Shown here: positions 41,479 to 51,192 of the stretch, in pieces
Numbering within the stretch: the stretch's first letter is position 1
Layout of the letters: each line of letters opens with the position of its first letter
From: Chamaesiphon sp.
GTDB lineage: Bacteria; Cyanobacteriota; Cyanobacteriia; Cyanobacteriales; Chamaesiphonaceae
Direction: 5' to 3'
DNA: 64,000 nucleotides
NCBI GenBank assembly: GCA_965246715.1
Contig: CBDFFH010000020.1
Span: forward strand, 160,001 to 224,000
The notes under the pieces: generated by a model
Seen by the model: only the letters and a program-made list of their open reading frames with translations
Databases searched by the model: none
What the model was told of the DNA's origin: nothing
Position numbers and translations under genes: made by a program

Positions 41479-42501
41479 ATGGAATTCCAACATCTGAGCC
41501 AATTTGAGCTGAGACAGATTTGCAACTTTATGACTTTGGTGCAAGCTGATAATAACTTCAGCAATGCAGCAGAACATCTAGGCATCAAGCAACCTCCCTT
41601 GAGTCAAAGCATTCAAGCTCTCGAAAAACTACTTGGCGACGAGCGAGTAGGATTGATAGTCAAGCTGTTCGATCGCAAAAAACGTCCGGTGGAGTTAACA
41701 GAAGCGGGGCGAGTTTTTTCGATCGAAGTTCAGCAAGCGTTGTTTCATCTCGATCGAGCGGTTACACATGCTAGACAAGCCAGTCGTGGTGAAATTGGTC
41801 GTTTGATAGTTGGGATCAACAATTCGATCGCAAATACGATTTTGCCAGAGATGCTCAAAGTCTTCCGTAAACGGTTTCCTAATGTAAAGATCGAAATTCT
41901 CGAAGTCACAATCGAGCAAGAGGTTCCAATGCTCAAGAATCATCAAGTAGATGTCATATTTCAACGCGCTCCTAGTTTTGAACAGATGAATCCAGCCTTA
42001 TTCAGTTTTCAAACAATTCTTGAAGAATATTTTGTGGTAGCGTTGCCTGTTACGCACCCACTTGCAGATCGAGCGACAATTCCGCTCGAAGCCTTAGCAG
42101 ATGACTTCATCATTTTACCCTCCGTAGATTTATTTCCTTTTTATCAAAAAGTATTTACACTTTGTCATCAGGCTGGCTTTACACCGAAGATCGATAAATC
42201 TATTAATGTATCTGGAGTGATTGCGCTGCTCAGTTTAGTAGCAGCAGGCTTCGGGGTCTCAATCTTACCAAACCACGTTGAAACGCTAGAACGTCATGGC
42301 GTTAAATATCGCCCACTCGAAAGTACGCCCCTAAATCGTCAAATCGCAGTTGTTTGGAGAGAAGATGATTCGTCCATTATTTTGGGTCAATTTATTGATG
42401 TAGTGAGAAATTTATCTTTGGAAAATTCTCATCCTGTTGATTGGGGTGTCGGCTCGGCTGGAAGTCAAGGCTGTGGGCACGAAGAGGAGGGTCGAAAGTA
42501 G
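41479..42501 (+). CDS. LysR family transcriptional regulator
   Basis: HTH FSNAAEHLGIKQPPLSQSIQALE, LFDR..R.VELTEAG and LVAAGFGVSILP. Confidence 0.92.
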   Translation: MEFQHLSQFELRQICNFMTLVQADNNFSNAAEHLGIKQPPLSQSIQALEKLLGDERVGLIVKLFDRKKRPVELTEAGRVFSIEVQQALFHLDRAVTHARQASRGEIGRLIVGINNSIANTILPEMLKVFRKRFPNVKIEILEVTIEQEVPMLKNHQVDVIFQRAPSFEQMNPALFSFQTILEEYFVVALPVTHPLADRATIPLEALADDFIILPSVDLFPFYQKVFTLCHQAGFTPKIDKSINVSGVIALLSLVAAGFGVSILPNHVETLERHGVKYRPLESTPLNRQIAVVWREDDSSIILGQFIDVVRNLSLENSHPVDWGVGSAGSQGCGHEEEGRK

Positions 42502-42519
42502 GATGGCGATCGATTTCAT
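42412..42519 (-). pseudogene. Signal-peptide remnant of a truncated secreted protein
   Basis: MKSIAILLSTLLFVPTALTSSRADTP..., preceded by the cluster motif at 42551-42576. Confidence 0.5.
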
Positions 42520-42883
42520 TGATGTGGAGGAAAATGTACTATTTGCTATTTTGGGCTGGTTGCGATGTATGATGCAGATCGATCTAATCCCGAACGATCT
42601 TCAAGTACTCGACTTTGGCCATTTCTGCAATTGGTACAGAAGGTTTGCGATCGATTCTTCATGCTGTATCTAAAAATCGGGGTTTTACCTGGATTATATT
42701 TACAAGAAATCGCTTGTGCGATCGCCGCTGTTATCGAGAATCGAACGATAAAACCTGACTCTAATATTCGATCGAATTACTCACCCCAGATTCGATCGAG
42801 GTAGTTGGATCAAAAAGAGCGATCGCATTCGATCGCCCATCATTCTAAGACCATACACTTATCAATTCTCAATTCTCCAATCC

Positions 42884-45595
42884 CTAACTTCCTTTTAACT
42901 GAGCAAGTATACTCATCGCCCTCTGATAATTATCCATCTGCCCCTGCTGGCGAAACAGCTCAGCCCCCTTACTCAGATCGGCGATCGCCCCCTGTTTGTC
43001 TCCTAGCTCTGATTTATCTGTACCTCGGTTAAGGTAAGCAATAGCATAGCTGGGATTAATTTTAATCGCCAGATTGTAATCAGCGATCGCCCCCTGTTTG
43101 TCTCCTAGCTCTGATTTATCTGTACCTCGGTTATGGTAAGCAATAGCATAGCTGGGATTAATTTTAATCGCCAGATTGTAATCGGCGATCGCCCCCTGTT
43201 TGTCTCCTAGGTCTGATTTAGTATTACCTCGGTTATAGTAAGCAATAGCATAGTTGGGATTAATTTTAATCGCCAGATTGTAATCGGCGATCGCCCCCTG
43301 TTTGTCTCCTAGGTCTGATTTAAATACACCTCGGTTAGAGTAAGCATAAGCATAGTTGGGATTAATTTTAATCGCCAGATTGTAATCAGCGATCGCCCCC
43401 TGTTTGTCTCCTAGGTCTGATTTAGTATTACCTCGGTTATAGTAAGCAATAGCATAGTTGGGATTAATTTTAATCGCCAAATTGAAATCAGCGATCGCCC
43501 CCTGTTTGTCTCCTAGTGCTGATTTATCTGTACCTCGGTTAAGGTAAGCATAGCTATCTTCTCGCTCGCGCAGCATATTGTCATAAATTTTAATCGCTGC
43601 TGTGTACTGTTCTTGTCGGGATAAAATCAATGCTTTTTTATTTACTGAGGTTCGATCTTGCGGTGCTAGTTTAATCGCTATGTCGATCGACTCTAATGCC
43701 CGTGCGTACTGTTCTTGAGAGCTAAAAATTGCACTTTGATATTTCCAGAAATAGTAATAATCGGTACGCTCCTTGGCTGGTACTGCCGCGATCGCTCTGG
43801 CAATTGCCGCACTAGCTAGGTCGTGTTTTTGTAAATACCAAAGTGATAATGCCTTACCATAGTTGCCAGTTAGGATCTGTCCCTTGGCGATTGCTCTGTC
43901 GAAGGCAGCTACAGATTTCTCATACTGTCTAGTCCGACACAGTTGATTGCCATAAGTCAGCCAGCGTTCGCCATTGTCTTCAGCCGTGGGTTGCGCTAGA
44001 TTTGCCATTGCCGTCTCGATGTTTTGGCGATCGACGGTAGCTAGAGCAGGGGCGGGAGTTTTAGCAATTTTCAGTAGTTGAGGATTGAGTTGCAGCCGTG
44101 GTGCTAACCCGATGAGGGTTTGGATCGATATACCTTGACTATTACCTAGCATCACATCTTTAGTCTGTTCGGCTCTGCCATGAATGCCAATAACTCTGCC
44201 AGCAGTATCGAAGACACCCCCACCACTCATCCCGCCATAACTGATACTGCTATAAATAATGTCATAACCGTTCCCAAAAGATTGTTGGTTTTGGGTTGAT
44301 AGTTTCCCTTGTTCGCGATCGAAAACGTAGCCAGGATTGAGCTGCCATTGCCACAGGGGACTATTAATTTTATCTCGCCCTGGGAAGCCTCCTGCGAGGA
44401 CAATTTCGCTGGTATTCGGGCTAATTTCACTGAGTTGGGCGATGGGGTAGGTGTTAGTGCTGGTAAATTTGACAATGGCCAGATCGACACCTGTTGCTAG
44501 TACCGTGCTAGTGAGATTGTGGGTATCTTGGTCGTAGGTGATGAGCTGATTATTGGTGAATTTTTGCTGAGTCTTATCGTTTTCTACTACGTGTTTGGCA
44601 GTGACGACATAATAACTATTTCCCTCTTTAGCGATGATGACCCCCGAACCATTACCGCCACTATTTTCGATCCGCACTGTCTGTTTGCGGGCGGCATCGT
44701 TGAGCTTTGCCATATAGCCAGTTGGGGTGACTTGGGGCTGAATTTGTCCGACTGTCAAGCCATTAAATTTATAACGGTAAAGGATGTCTGGTTTGACTTT
44801 GGTGAGGAAATTATAGACGGGTACGCCCCAATTCGCCTCGCGATATTTAGCCGCGAGTTTAGCTAGCGGTTTACTCCCATCGTTATAAGTATAATTAGGT
44901 AAAATCGGTGCGGCACCGATCGTATTGATTCCCAAAAATACCCCACTCGCATCAAAAATTGGCCCCCCGCTCATGCCTTGACGCACGCCTTTTTCACCTT
45001 TGGCAATTTCATACCCGATTTGCGTACCGTTATCGAAGGGAATATCTGAAAGTTGGGTAATTGCACCGGGGGAAATTCTCAGATCTTTAGAGTCAAACGG
45101 AAACCCCACGCTATAGATATTGCGATCGTTTGGTTTGAGGATACCAGGGTTAGAGAGATTGGCTAATTGGTATTGCTTGGAGCTGGTAAATTCTAGTAAT
45201 GCTAAATCGTACTTGCGATCGAATCCACCATCGATGGGTTTGGCAGTATACTTTTGCCCGTCGGGTGCTTGGATCTCAAATTGGGCTGTGCGCCTCGTGA
45301 CATGGGCATTGGTGAGGATGAGGTAGGTATTGCCCTTTTTGGCAATTAGGACACCAGAACCGCCGTTATTGGCGGAGGTGATGCGGACGGTGATGTCTTT
45401 GGCGATGCGATTTACTTTGGTGCTGACTTGCTGTTGGGCTTCGTTTAGTTGCTGGAGTTCGGGATCGATAGTTTGGGCGATTTGGGTTGCTGGGTTACTG
45501 TGCGATCGATGATTTGATAATGCGGTTGCTGGTAGAGTCGAGAATGCTGGCAATAAAAATAGGCTCGATATAATAATTGAAGTAATATTTTTCAT
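42884..45595 (-). CDS. Secreted tandem trypsin-like protease + TPR protein
   Basis: Two trypsin domains with intact triads, plus TPR array. Confidence 0.9.
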   Translation of the reverse strand: MKNITSIIISSLFLLPAFSTLPATALSNHRSHSNPATQIAQTIDPELQQLNEAQQQVSTKVNRIAKDITVRITSANNGGSGVLIAKKGNTYLILTNAHVTRRTAQFEIQAPDGQKYTAKPIDGGFDRKYDLALLEFTSSKQYQLANLSNPGILKPNDRNIYSVGFPFDSKDLRISPGAITQLSDIPFDNGTQIGYEIAKGEKGVRQGMSGGPIFDASGVFLGINTIGAAPILPNYTYNDGSKPLAKLAAKYREANWGVPVYNFLTKVKPDILYRYKFNGLTVGQIQPQVTPTGYMAKLNDAARKQTVRIENSGGNGSGVIIAKEGNSYYVVTAKHVVENDKTQQKFTNNQLITYDQDTHNLTSTVLATGVDLAIVKFTSTNTYPIAQLSEISPNTSEIVLAGGFPGRDKINSPLWQWQLNPGYVFDREQGKLSTQNQQSFGNGYDIIYSSISYGGMSGGGVFDTAGRVIGIHGRAEQTKDVMLGNSQGISIQTLIGLAPRLQLNPQLLKIAKTPAPALATVDRQNIETAMANLAQPTAEDNGERWLTYGNQLCRTRQYEKSVAAFDRAIAKGQILTGNYGKALSLWYLQKHDLASAAIARAIAAVPAKERTDYYYFWKYQSAIFSSQEQYARALESIDIAIKLAPQDRTSVNKKALILSRQEQYTAAIKIYDNMLREREDSYAYLNRGTDKSALGDKQGAIADFNLAIKINPNYAIAYYNRGNTKSDLGDKQGAIADYNLAIKINPNYAYAYSNRGVFKSDLGDKQGAIADYNLAIKINPNYAIAYYNRGNTKSDLGDKQGAIADYNLAIKINPSYAIAYHNRGTDKSELGDKQGAIADYNLAIKINPSYAIAYLNRGTDKSELGDKQGAIADLSKGAELFRQQGQMDNYQRAMSILAQLKGS
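42981..43555 (-). repeat. Six near-identical 102-bp TPR-coding tandem repeats (last partial)
   Basis: GCGATCGCCCCCTGTTTGTCTCCTAG recurs at 42981, 43083, 43185, 43287, 43389 and 43491. Confidence 0.9.
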
Positions 45596-45620
45596 ATTTT
45601 GTTGATGTCTTAGTAGGTTA

Positions 45621-45653
45621 AGATCCCAGACTTCTTTGAGAAGTCTGGGATCT
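45621..45653. repeat. Palindromic intergenic element
   Basis: AGATCCCAGACTTCT-TTG-AGAAGTCTGGGATCT. Confidence 0.6.
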
Positions 45654-45744
45654 AATTGTCTATTTGTTTTTTAGTCAATCGATAGAAATAAAGCGAGCGC
45701 GGACCAGCTCAATAAAAATAATTTGTGCATTGGCTAGCTGAAAA

Positions 45745-46269
45745 TTAATTAATAATATTAGCGATATCGACGATCCGATCTCCAGAATTTTGGACGATTG
45801 GATTGTTAACAATTCCACCTCTAATATCTTTCATGCGTTCGATTGTCTCACTCGCATCAGCACCATTTGCAAGGGTAAACAACATGTTCGTTCTCGTGCA
45901 GTCGCTCGCTCGCTCTTTAGACCCACAAATCAATCCCAACCCCGATTTTGCATCGACTCCAGCGGTGATATAATTCAATCTTTTAGCCTCCCATGCCTGT
46001 TGAAACTTAGCAGAAACCATATTGCACCGAACTTGGGGCGTATATTTACCGCTCAGTTTCGATTTCCATTGAATTAATGCTACAGGTTCGCGCTTAGAGG
46101 AGCTAGCAACTAGGGTTATCGGGACGATCGCATTGCTACCAGGATCGAAAGTTTGACCGCAATAAAATCTCACTTTTGCAGGTGTTTGGGCGAGCGATTG
46201 GAGCGGTAATAGGGTAGAAATAAAGGTCGTTCCACTCAGGATGAAGCTAATAATTAAGCGAATCTTCAT
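45745..46269 (-). CDS. COP23 domain secreted protein
   Basis: FYCG..WKS..YTPQVRC.MVS.KFQ..ICG..C..LFTL. Confidence 0.8.
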   Translation of the reverse strand: MKIRLIISFILSGTTFISTLLPLQSLAQTPAKVRFYCGQTFDPGSNAIVPITLVASSSKREPVALIQWKSKLSGKYTPQVRCNMVSAKFQQAWEAKRLNYITAGVDAKSGLGLICGSKERASDCTRTNMLFTLANGADASETIERMKDIRGGIVNNPIVQNSGDRIVDIANIIN

Positions 46270-46393
46270 AGTTATTAAAAGCGATAGTTTTCAAGATTTA
46301 GACAACAACGAACCAAAGTTTAGACCTGTGAGTTAGTTAGCGATAGCTTACAACCCACAGCTCGACAATCGATTATCGATCGCCAGTTGTCAA

Positions 46394-46978
46394 CTACTTT
46401 TTGCTGAGTAGAGCAAAATCTCGAAGATCGATGACGCGATTGCCACTGCTTTGATATATGGGCGTGCTAGTCGTTCCAGCGAATATGCTAGCGAGTTCTG
46501 CGATCGTCGTCCCAGCATCTTGATAGGATTTCAGCGTAAATAACATACTCGTGCGATCGCAAGGTTGTTCGGCATTAGATATCGCACAAATTATCCCCAA
46601 ACCACTTTTTTTATCGATTCCCGCAGTCAGATAATGTCTCCCTTGTTGGATTGCAGCTTGAAATTTAGGCGACACTATTTCGCACCGTTGTTGGGGCGTG
46701 GTTTTAAAAGCTTCGCTTTTCCAGATAATCAATACGGGTTCTTCTGTTGCGCCGCTAACCTTAGCCAGAGTAGCTGGCAGCTTGCTTTTACTACTAGGGT
46801 CTGTGGCTTTACCACAATAAAACTGAATTGTCGGCACGTTCTGAGCGATTTGTTGAGGGTTAGCTGTGGCGGGGATGACAGTCAGCAGCGATCCGATGGT
46901 GATGGCAAAGGTAGATATCCAGCATGTGCGGATGGTATGTGAGTTAGATGAGGACGGCGTTTGGCGATGTAATTGCAT
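46394..46978 (-). CDS. COP23 domain secreted protein
   Basis: FYCG..PAT..WKS..TPQQRCEIVS.KFQ..ICA..PIYQSS. Confidence 0.8.
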   Translation of the reverse strand: MQLHRQTPSSSNSHTIRTCWISTFAITIGSLLTVIPATANPQQIAQNVPTIQFYCGKATDPSSKSKLPATLAKVSGATEEPVLIIWKSEAFKTTPQQRCEIVSPKFQAAIQQGRHYLTAGIDKKSGLGIICAISNAEQPCDRTSMLFTLKSYQDAGTTIAELASIFAGTTSTPIYQSSGNRVIDLRDFALLSKK

Positions 46979-47182
46979 GATAATTAGTGAAGTTAATGGC
47001 TTGTAAGCATGGGATGAGATCGATCGGTTTGCTATCTCTATTCATCTAGATCGGGCACACCCTGTGAAATATGCAGTACCACCGATCGCTCTTTACAAAA
47101 GTTATTTAGTAGCGATCGTCGGCACGGGCAAACTGTTATCCTGACGTGCCTCGCTCGTCAATTGGCAGACTAAACCAATTCT

Positions 47183-47704
47183 CTAAGAACGAGGATTCGC
47201 CAATGAATCGATTAATTCCTTGATGTCGATCGATTCGCTAGAGCTAGATTGATAAACAGGATTTCCAGTCCGCCGAATACTGTCATACAATCTACGCACG
47301 ACTTCCTGAGCATCCTGCTGATTGTTGAGTACAAATAACATCCGTTTAGCATCGCACTGATTTTCGCCAGATTTAACCGCACAAATTAAGCCCTGTCCGG
47401 TTTGACGATCGATACCAGGGATCAGAAAAGCGAGATCGGTTCGATCGACAAATGCCGCCTGAAATCGACGAGAAATTGTCTCACATCTTTGTTGTGGCGA
47501 CATCTTCCCAAATTTATTCCTCCACACCACGATCGTGCGCGGCTCAGATCCTCTCACTGCTAGCATTGTCGCAGGGTAGATATCATTAGTGCGCCCACAA
47601 TAAAATTCCACCTTCTTTGGTGACTGGGCGAGGGTAGGGGCTGTTTGCAAGCTGGCGAAAAGCAAAGCAATCGAAGTGGCGATAACTGAGGCTTGAGGAT
47701 TCAT
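47183..47704 (-). CDS. COP23 domain secreted protein
   Basis: FYCG..PAT..W..SPQQRCETIS.RFQ..ICA..PVYQSS. Confidence 0.8.
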   Translation of the reverse strand: MNPQASVIATSIALLFASLQTAPTLAQSPKKVEFYCGRTNDIYPATMLAVRGSEPRTIVVWRNKFGKMSPQQRCETISRRFQAAFVDRTDLAFLIPGIDRQTGQGLICAVKSGENQCDAKRMLFVLNNQQDAQEVVRRLYDSIRRTGNPVYQSSSSESIDIKELIDSLANPRS

Positions 47705-47779
47705 TGTGCCGATTGAGATGGTAATGAAAAGTTGCTAGATCGATCGTTATAGATTAAACATTGGGTGGATTTGCTTGAA

Positions 47780-49885
47780 TTATGCAATTTGCCGAGCGCG
47801 ATTATTGCGGCTACCAGTGACGATCGATCGAATCGTTCCGCCGACTAATATCATCACCATCGGTGTAACAATTATCGGTAGTCCTTGCCCTAATAAGAGT
47901 AAGATACCGACAATTGCAATTTCACCAACGATCGACATCAGAAATAATAACTTCCACTGGCGATGCCGCAGTAATATTCCGATTAAGAGCGACCAAGTAA
48001 ATATCCATAACCACTGTTCGCCGATCGATCTGGTAACAAAGAGTGGTAATGGATGCTGTTTATCATTAGCACGGATGATTTGGTCGAGCGAGATTGCTTG
48101 TCTCACTACTGAATTAATTTCTCGATCGTTGAAATGACCGACGATGATAAATTTACGATCGAATAGTTTTTTAATTTCAACTTTAGATTTCGAGCTGCCT
48201 ACAATTTCACTCAGATTTACTCGATCGATCCGCTGACGGGAATCTGTGAGTAAATGAATATTTAATCTAAAATCTGGCAAAACTGACTCGTTCAAACCAA
48301 GTTTTGATACAGATCTAAGTAATTGCCGATCGCAGTTATCTAATTGAAGGCGATTGTTAGGACTTGAATTTGTTAGATTTTCATCGGTACAGCCTTGAAT
48401 AATGTGTTTATCAAAAATAGTAGAGTCGTTACCGATCTCAAAATCAATTACCCAAACTATCGGTTTCGCTGTTAATTGGACTCGATCGATTAATCCCCTC
48501 AGTACTATGTCATTAGACACAAAACCTCCAAAATCTAGGGCATCATAATTAACGATCGTTACTTGCGATGGTGATAAAGGTAGCTTTTCAACTTGAGCTA
48601 ATTGAACTCGATCGACGATCGCGTTTTCCCAGGCAACTATTTGAGGCTGAGATTGGAGACCGATCGCTAGCAGAGATCCTACCAAGCTTATTACTACATT
48701 AGTTAAAATTCGGCGATTTGGCTGACTGAGATAGGTACAAACTGCTGTAATTTGCGGTGGAACTGAGCTACTAAATACCGTTGCTGATAAGTCTTGCCAA
48801 GTCACATCATTACTGAGCGGATTATGGAACAGAATCGGCAACCAATCGGCAAATTGAGCGAATCCAACTGATGATAATTGCAAACTCTGTCGGGCATATT
48901 TAAACGCTGCTGGGAAACTATCTCCTTGACTATATCGAGCGAGTAGCTGTTTCAAAAAGTCCTGAGCGCATTGATTGGGGACGATCTCCCGCATCACGAT
49001 AATATAGGGGATATTAATATCGCTGAGTTGTTCTGCCAAGCCTAACCCATTACAGCAATTAAAAATAGCGATTTGCAAGCCGCGATCGACTGCTGTTTGG
49101 ATTTCAAGTTTTAGTCTACTAATTTCTAAAGGTGTATCGTTATCTAAATAGATAACTCCATCTCGAAAAGATTGATATTGGAGCGTGTCGCCATGCCCAT
49201 TGAAGATTAAAATATCCCAAGGATTACTTTGATTTAATCGTTCGGCGATTTCATAAGCTGAAGTGGTTACTAATGGTTGGAAATGAGATTGTGGTAAGGT
49301 TTTTAAAAATGGTAAATCTAGGGTCAAATTGGGATCGCGACCGGATAAGGTTAGAATATTTACCTTGCCATTACGTTGCGGTTTGATGTGTCGGACATCG
49401 GTAGCTCTCGGCTTGGCAAATACTTCAGTAGCATGAGGATAAGCACTAAATAAATCCCAAAAATGCCACGGCAGTTGCCAGATCTGTAACCGTTCGCTGA
49501 CGATGATGACTAGCAGCCGTTCGCTTGGATTTGAATCTGTCCTCAGTCGGCGATCGATCCTCCCAAAATCGCTAAAATTTAGCCAATTATTAATCGCAAT
49601 CCTCAGATGATGATTTAGTTCGACTAGATCTTGAGTGGATACATTCGTTACCGTATCGGTATCGAAAACAACAGGTGATAACGTCATCCCAGGTGAGTAC
49701 ATCTGAATTGTCGCTGGATAGAGCAATTGCCACCGATCTAATAACTGTTGTAATTCTGGATTGGGCGGTAAGCTACACCGATCTTCCCATCGAGTCACTT
49801 TTGCAGATTTTAACTCAACGGTGACGTTATTAAAGCCATTTTGAATCGTGCCCGTACCCAATCTAATAATAATCTCTTTCATCAT
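47780..49885 (-). CDS. CHAT domain + CHASE2-like membrane sensor
   Basis: QLPWH.W, F.GHG and IFNCCNGL (caspase-like H/C dyad), VMRE.V and WLP; TM-flanked extracytoplasmic domain and C-terminal TMs. Confidence 0.8.
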   Translation of the reverse strand: MMKEIIIRLGTGTIQNGFNNVTVELKSAKVTRWEDRCSLPPNPELQQLLDRWQLLYPATIQMYSPGMTLSPVVFDTDTVTNVSTQDLVELNHHLRIAINNWLNFSDFGRIDRRLRTDSNPSERLLVIIVSERLQIWQLPWHFWDLFSAYPHATEVFAKPRATDVRHIKPQRNGKVNILTLSGRDPNLTLDLPFLKTLPQSHFQPLVTTSAYEIAERLNQSNPWDILIFNGHGDTLQYQSFRDGVIYLDNDTPLEISRLKLEIQTAVDRGLQIAIFNCCNGLGLAEQLSDINIPYIIVMREIVPNQCAQDFLKQLLARYSQGDSFPAAFKYARQSLQLSSVGFAQFADWLPILFHNPLSNDVTWQDLSATVFSSSVPPQITAVCTYLSQPNRRILTNVVISLVGSLLAIGLQSQPQIVAWENAIVDRVQLAQVEKLPLSPSQVTIVNYDALDFGGFVSNDIVLRGLIDRVQLTAKPIVWVIDFEIGNDSTIFDKHIIQGCTDENLTNSSPNNRLQLDNCDRQLLRSVSKLGLNESVLPDFRLNIHLLTDSRQRIDRVNLSEIVGSSKSKVEIKKLFDRKFIIVGHFNDREINSVVRQAISLDQIIRANDKQHPLPLFVTRSIGEQWLWIFTWSLLIGILLRHRQWKLLFLMSIVGEIAIVGILLLLGQGLPIIVTPMVMILVGGTIRSIVTGSRNNRARQIA

Positions 49886-49921
49886 ATGCCCTTCCTGGTA
49901 GGGGCTGGGATGGGTGCTGAA

Positions 49922-51121
49922 TTAGACAATAAACCGCTCGATCGATCTAGCATTCTGTAACTGTAATTGCAGATTAAATTCCGTTCCGATCGAACAAGTA
50001 AAGGCGGGTAACTGAATATAATCATCATTAGTTCTCGCCGTTACCGTGCGGAGAATCGCGCCATCAGCATCGAGATAACTTAACTGTAATTGTGGGGGTA
50101 AGTAGCGAGAACCGATCGCCGGATGTACTCGGACGATCGCCCGCATTCTATCCCCTGATTCGGGAATTATCCCGACTAATAATACTACGGTTTCTCGGCT
50201 GAGATCGACTTGGAGATCGATTAGCTTCGATCTGGAGATCGTGTTGTTGTGACTCGGAGACATAACGGCGACAGCTTGATAACTTTCCCAACCACTAGTG
50301 ATTGCATTAGTAAATTCTTGACGCAACCAATCAACCAACCGGAAACTCGGCGCGGGAACTCGATCGATCGCCGCTCTTTGGATGCGGGTTTGATATAGTT
50401 GCGATCGCAATGTCGGATTATTTAAGATTGCGCCCCATTCGGCAAAATCAAGGGCAAGGCGCGGTGAATAAGGGGACGGTTGACTCAATCTTTGGATTAA
50501 TTCTAAGGCGCGTTCTAAGTCTAAATTTGGCAACTCTGAGATGATGTTTCGCGGAGCTAATGCTAATTCTTCGGCAATCCACAAGAGATCGAGATTACTA
50601 ACTAATCGATCGCTATCTAAACTATAAGTTCGATCGCGTATGGAATATCGCCCCCGATCTTTGAGTGCTTGATGGGAAGCGAAACCCCAAATATTCATCA
50701 TGTTGGAGTCTAGATCGATTTGTACCCCTAGATAATAATCTCCCGCCCAAGTAGGCAAGTCTAACCATTCTTGGGGTACTCGTAATTCAGATCGATCGAG
50801 GTTATCGCTAGGGATTAAAATCAGTTTCAGTTTACCAATTTCAATGGCACAACCTGTCACGACATCCCAGATTGTGGCTAATTCGGTGTCGTTTAAGCTG
50901 GGTTGATGAGCGATCTCTCGATCGGTCAACCAAGTTTGAAATTTAGTTAGGCATAATTGATTGATTTGGGCGTTATGCAAGCCAGTAGGGTTGGAGTAAA
51001 TTTGGGGATTGGGTGTGGCTCGATCGATCTCTTCTGGGGCAATTTCTAGCCAGATTGAGGTTGGATCGATGGCTTTTACTTGTTCGAGGTTTAATAGCAT
51101 TGGGATTTTATTAAGTGGCAA
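49922..51121 (-). CDS. DUF1822 family protein
   Basis: VPQEWLDLPTWAGDYYL.VQ, WGF..H, L.DWL and YLP..LQL..LD..G. Confidence 0.82.
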   Translation of the reverse strand: MPLNKIPMLLNLEQVKAIDPTSIWLEIAPEEIDRATPNPQIYSNPTGLHNAQINQLCLTKFQTWLTDREIAHQPSLNDTELATIWDVVTGCAIEIGKLKLILIPSDNLDRSELRVPQEWLDLPTWAGDYYLGVQIDLDSNMMNIWGFASHQALKDRGRYSIRDRTYSLDSDRLVSNLDLLWIAEELALAPRNIISELPNLDLERALELIQRLSQPSPYSPRLALDFAEWGAILNNPTLRSQLYQTRIQRAAIDRVPAPSFRLVDWLRQEFTNAITSGWESYQAVAVMSPSHNNTISRSKLIDLQVDLSRETVVLLVGIIPESGDRMRAIVRVHPAIGSRYLPPQLQLSYLDADGAILRTVTARTNDDYIQLPAFTCSIGTEFNLQLQLQNARSIERFIV

Positions 51122-51192
51122 GTTCGGGTTTTATAGCGGTGGACTTAGTTTTGAGCTGGGTTTGCAGAGAAAATTAAAGGCTATTTCTAGAT

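Noticed and set aside
42981..43555. TPR tandem repeats as a CRISPR array or DGR
   Set aside because: In-frame 102-bp coding repeats without unique spacers; no reverse transcriptase present
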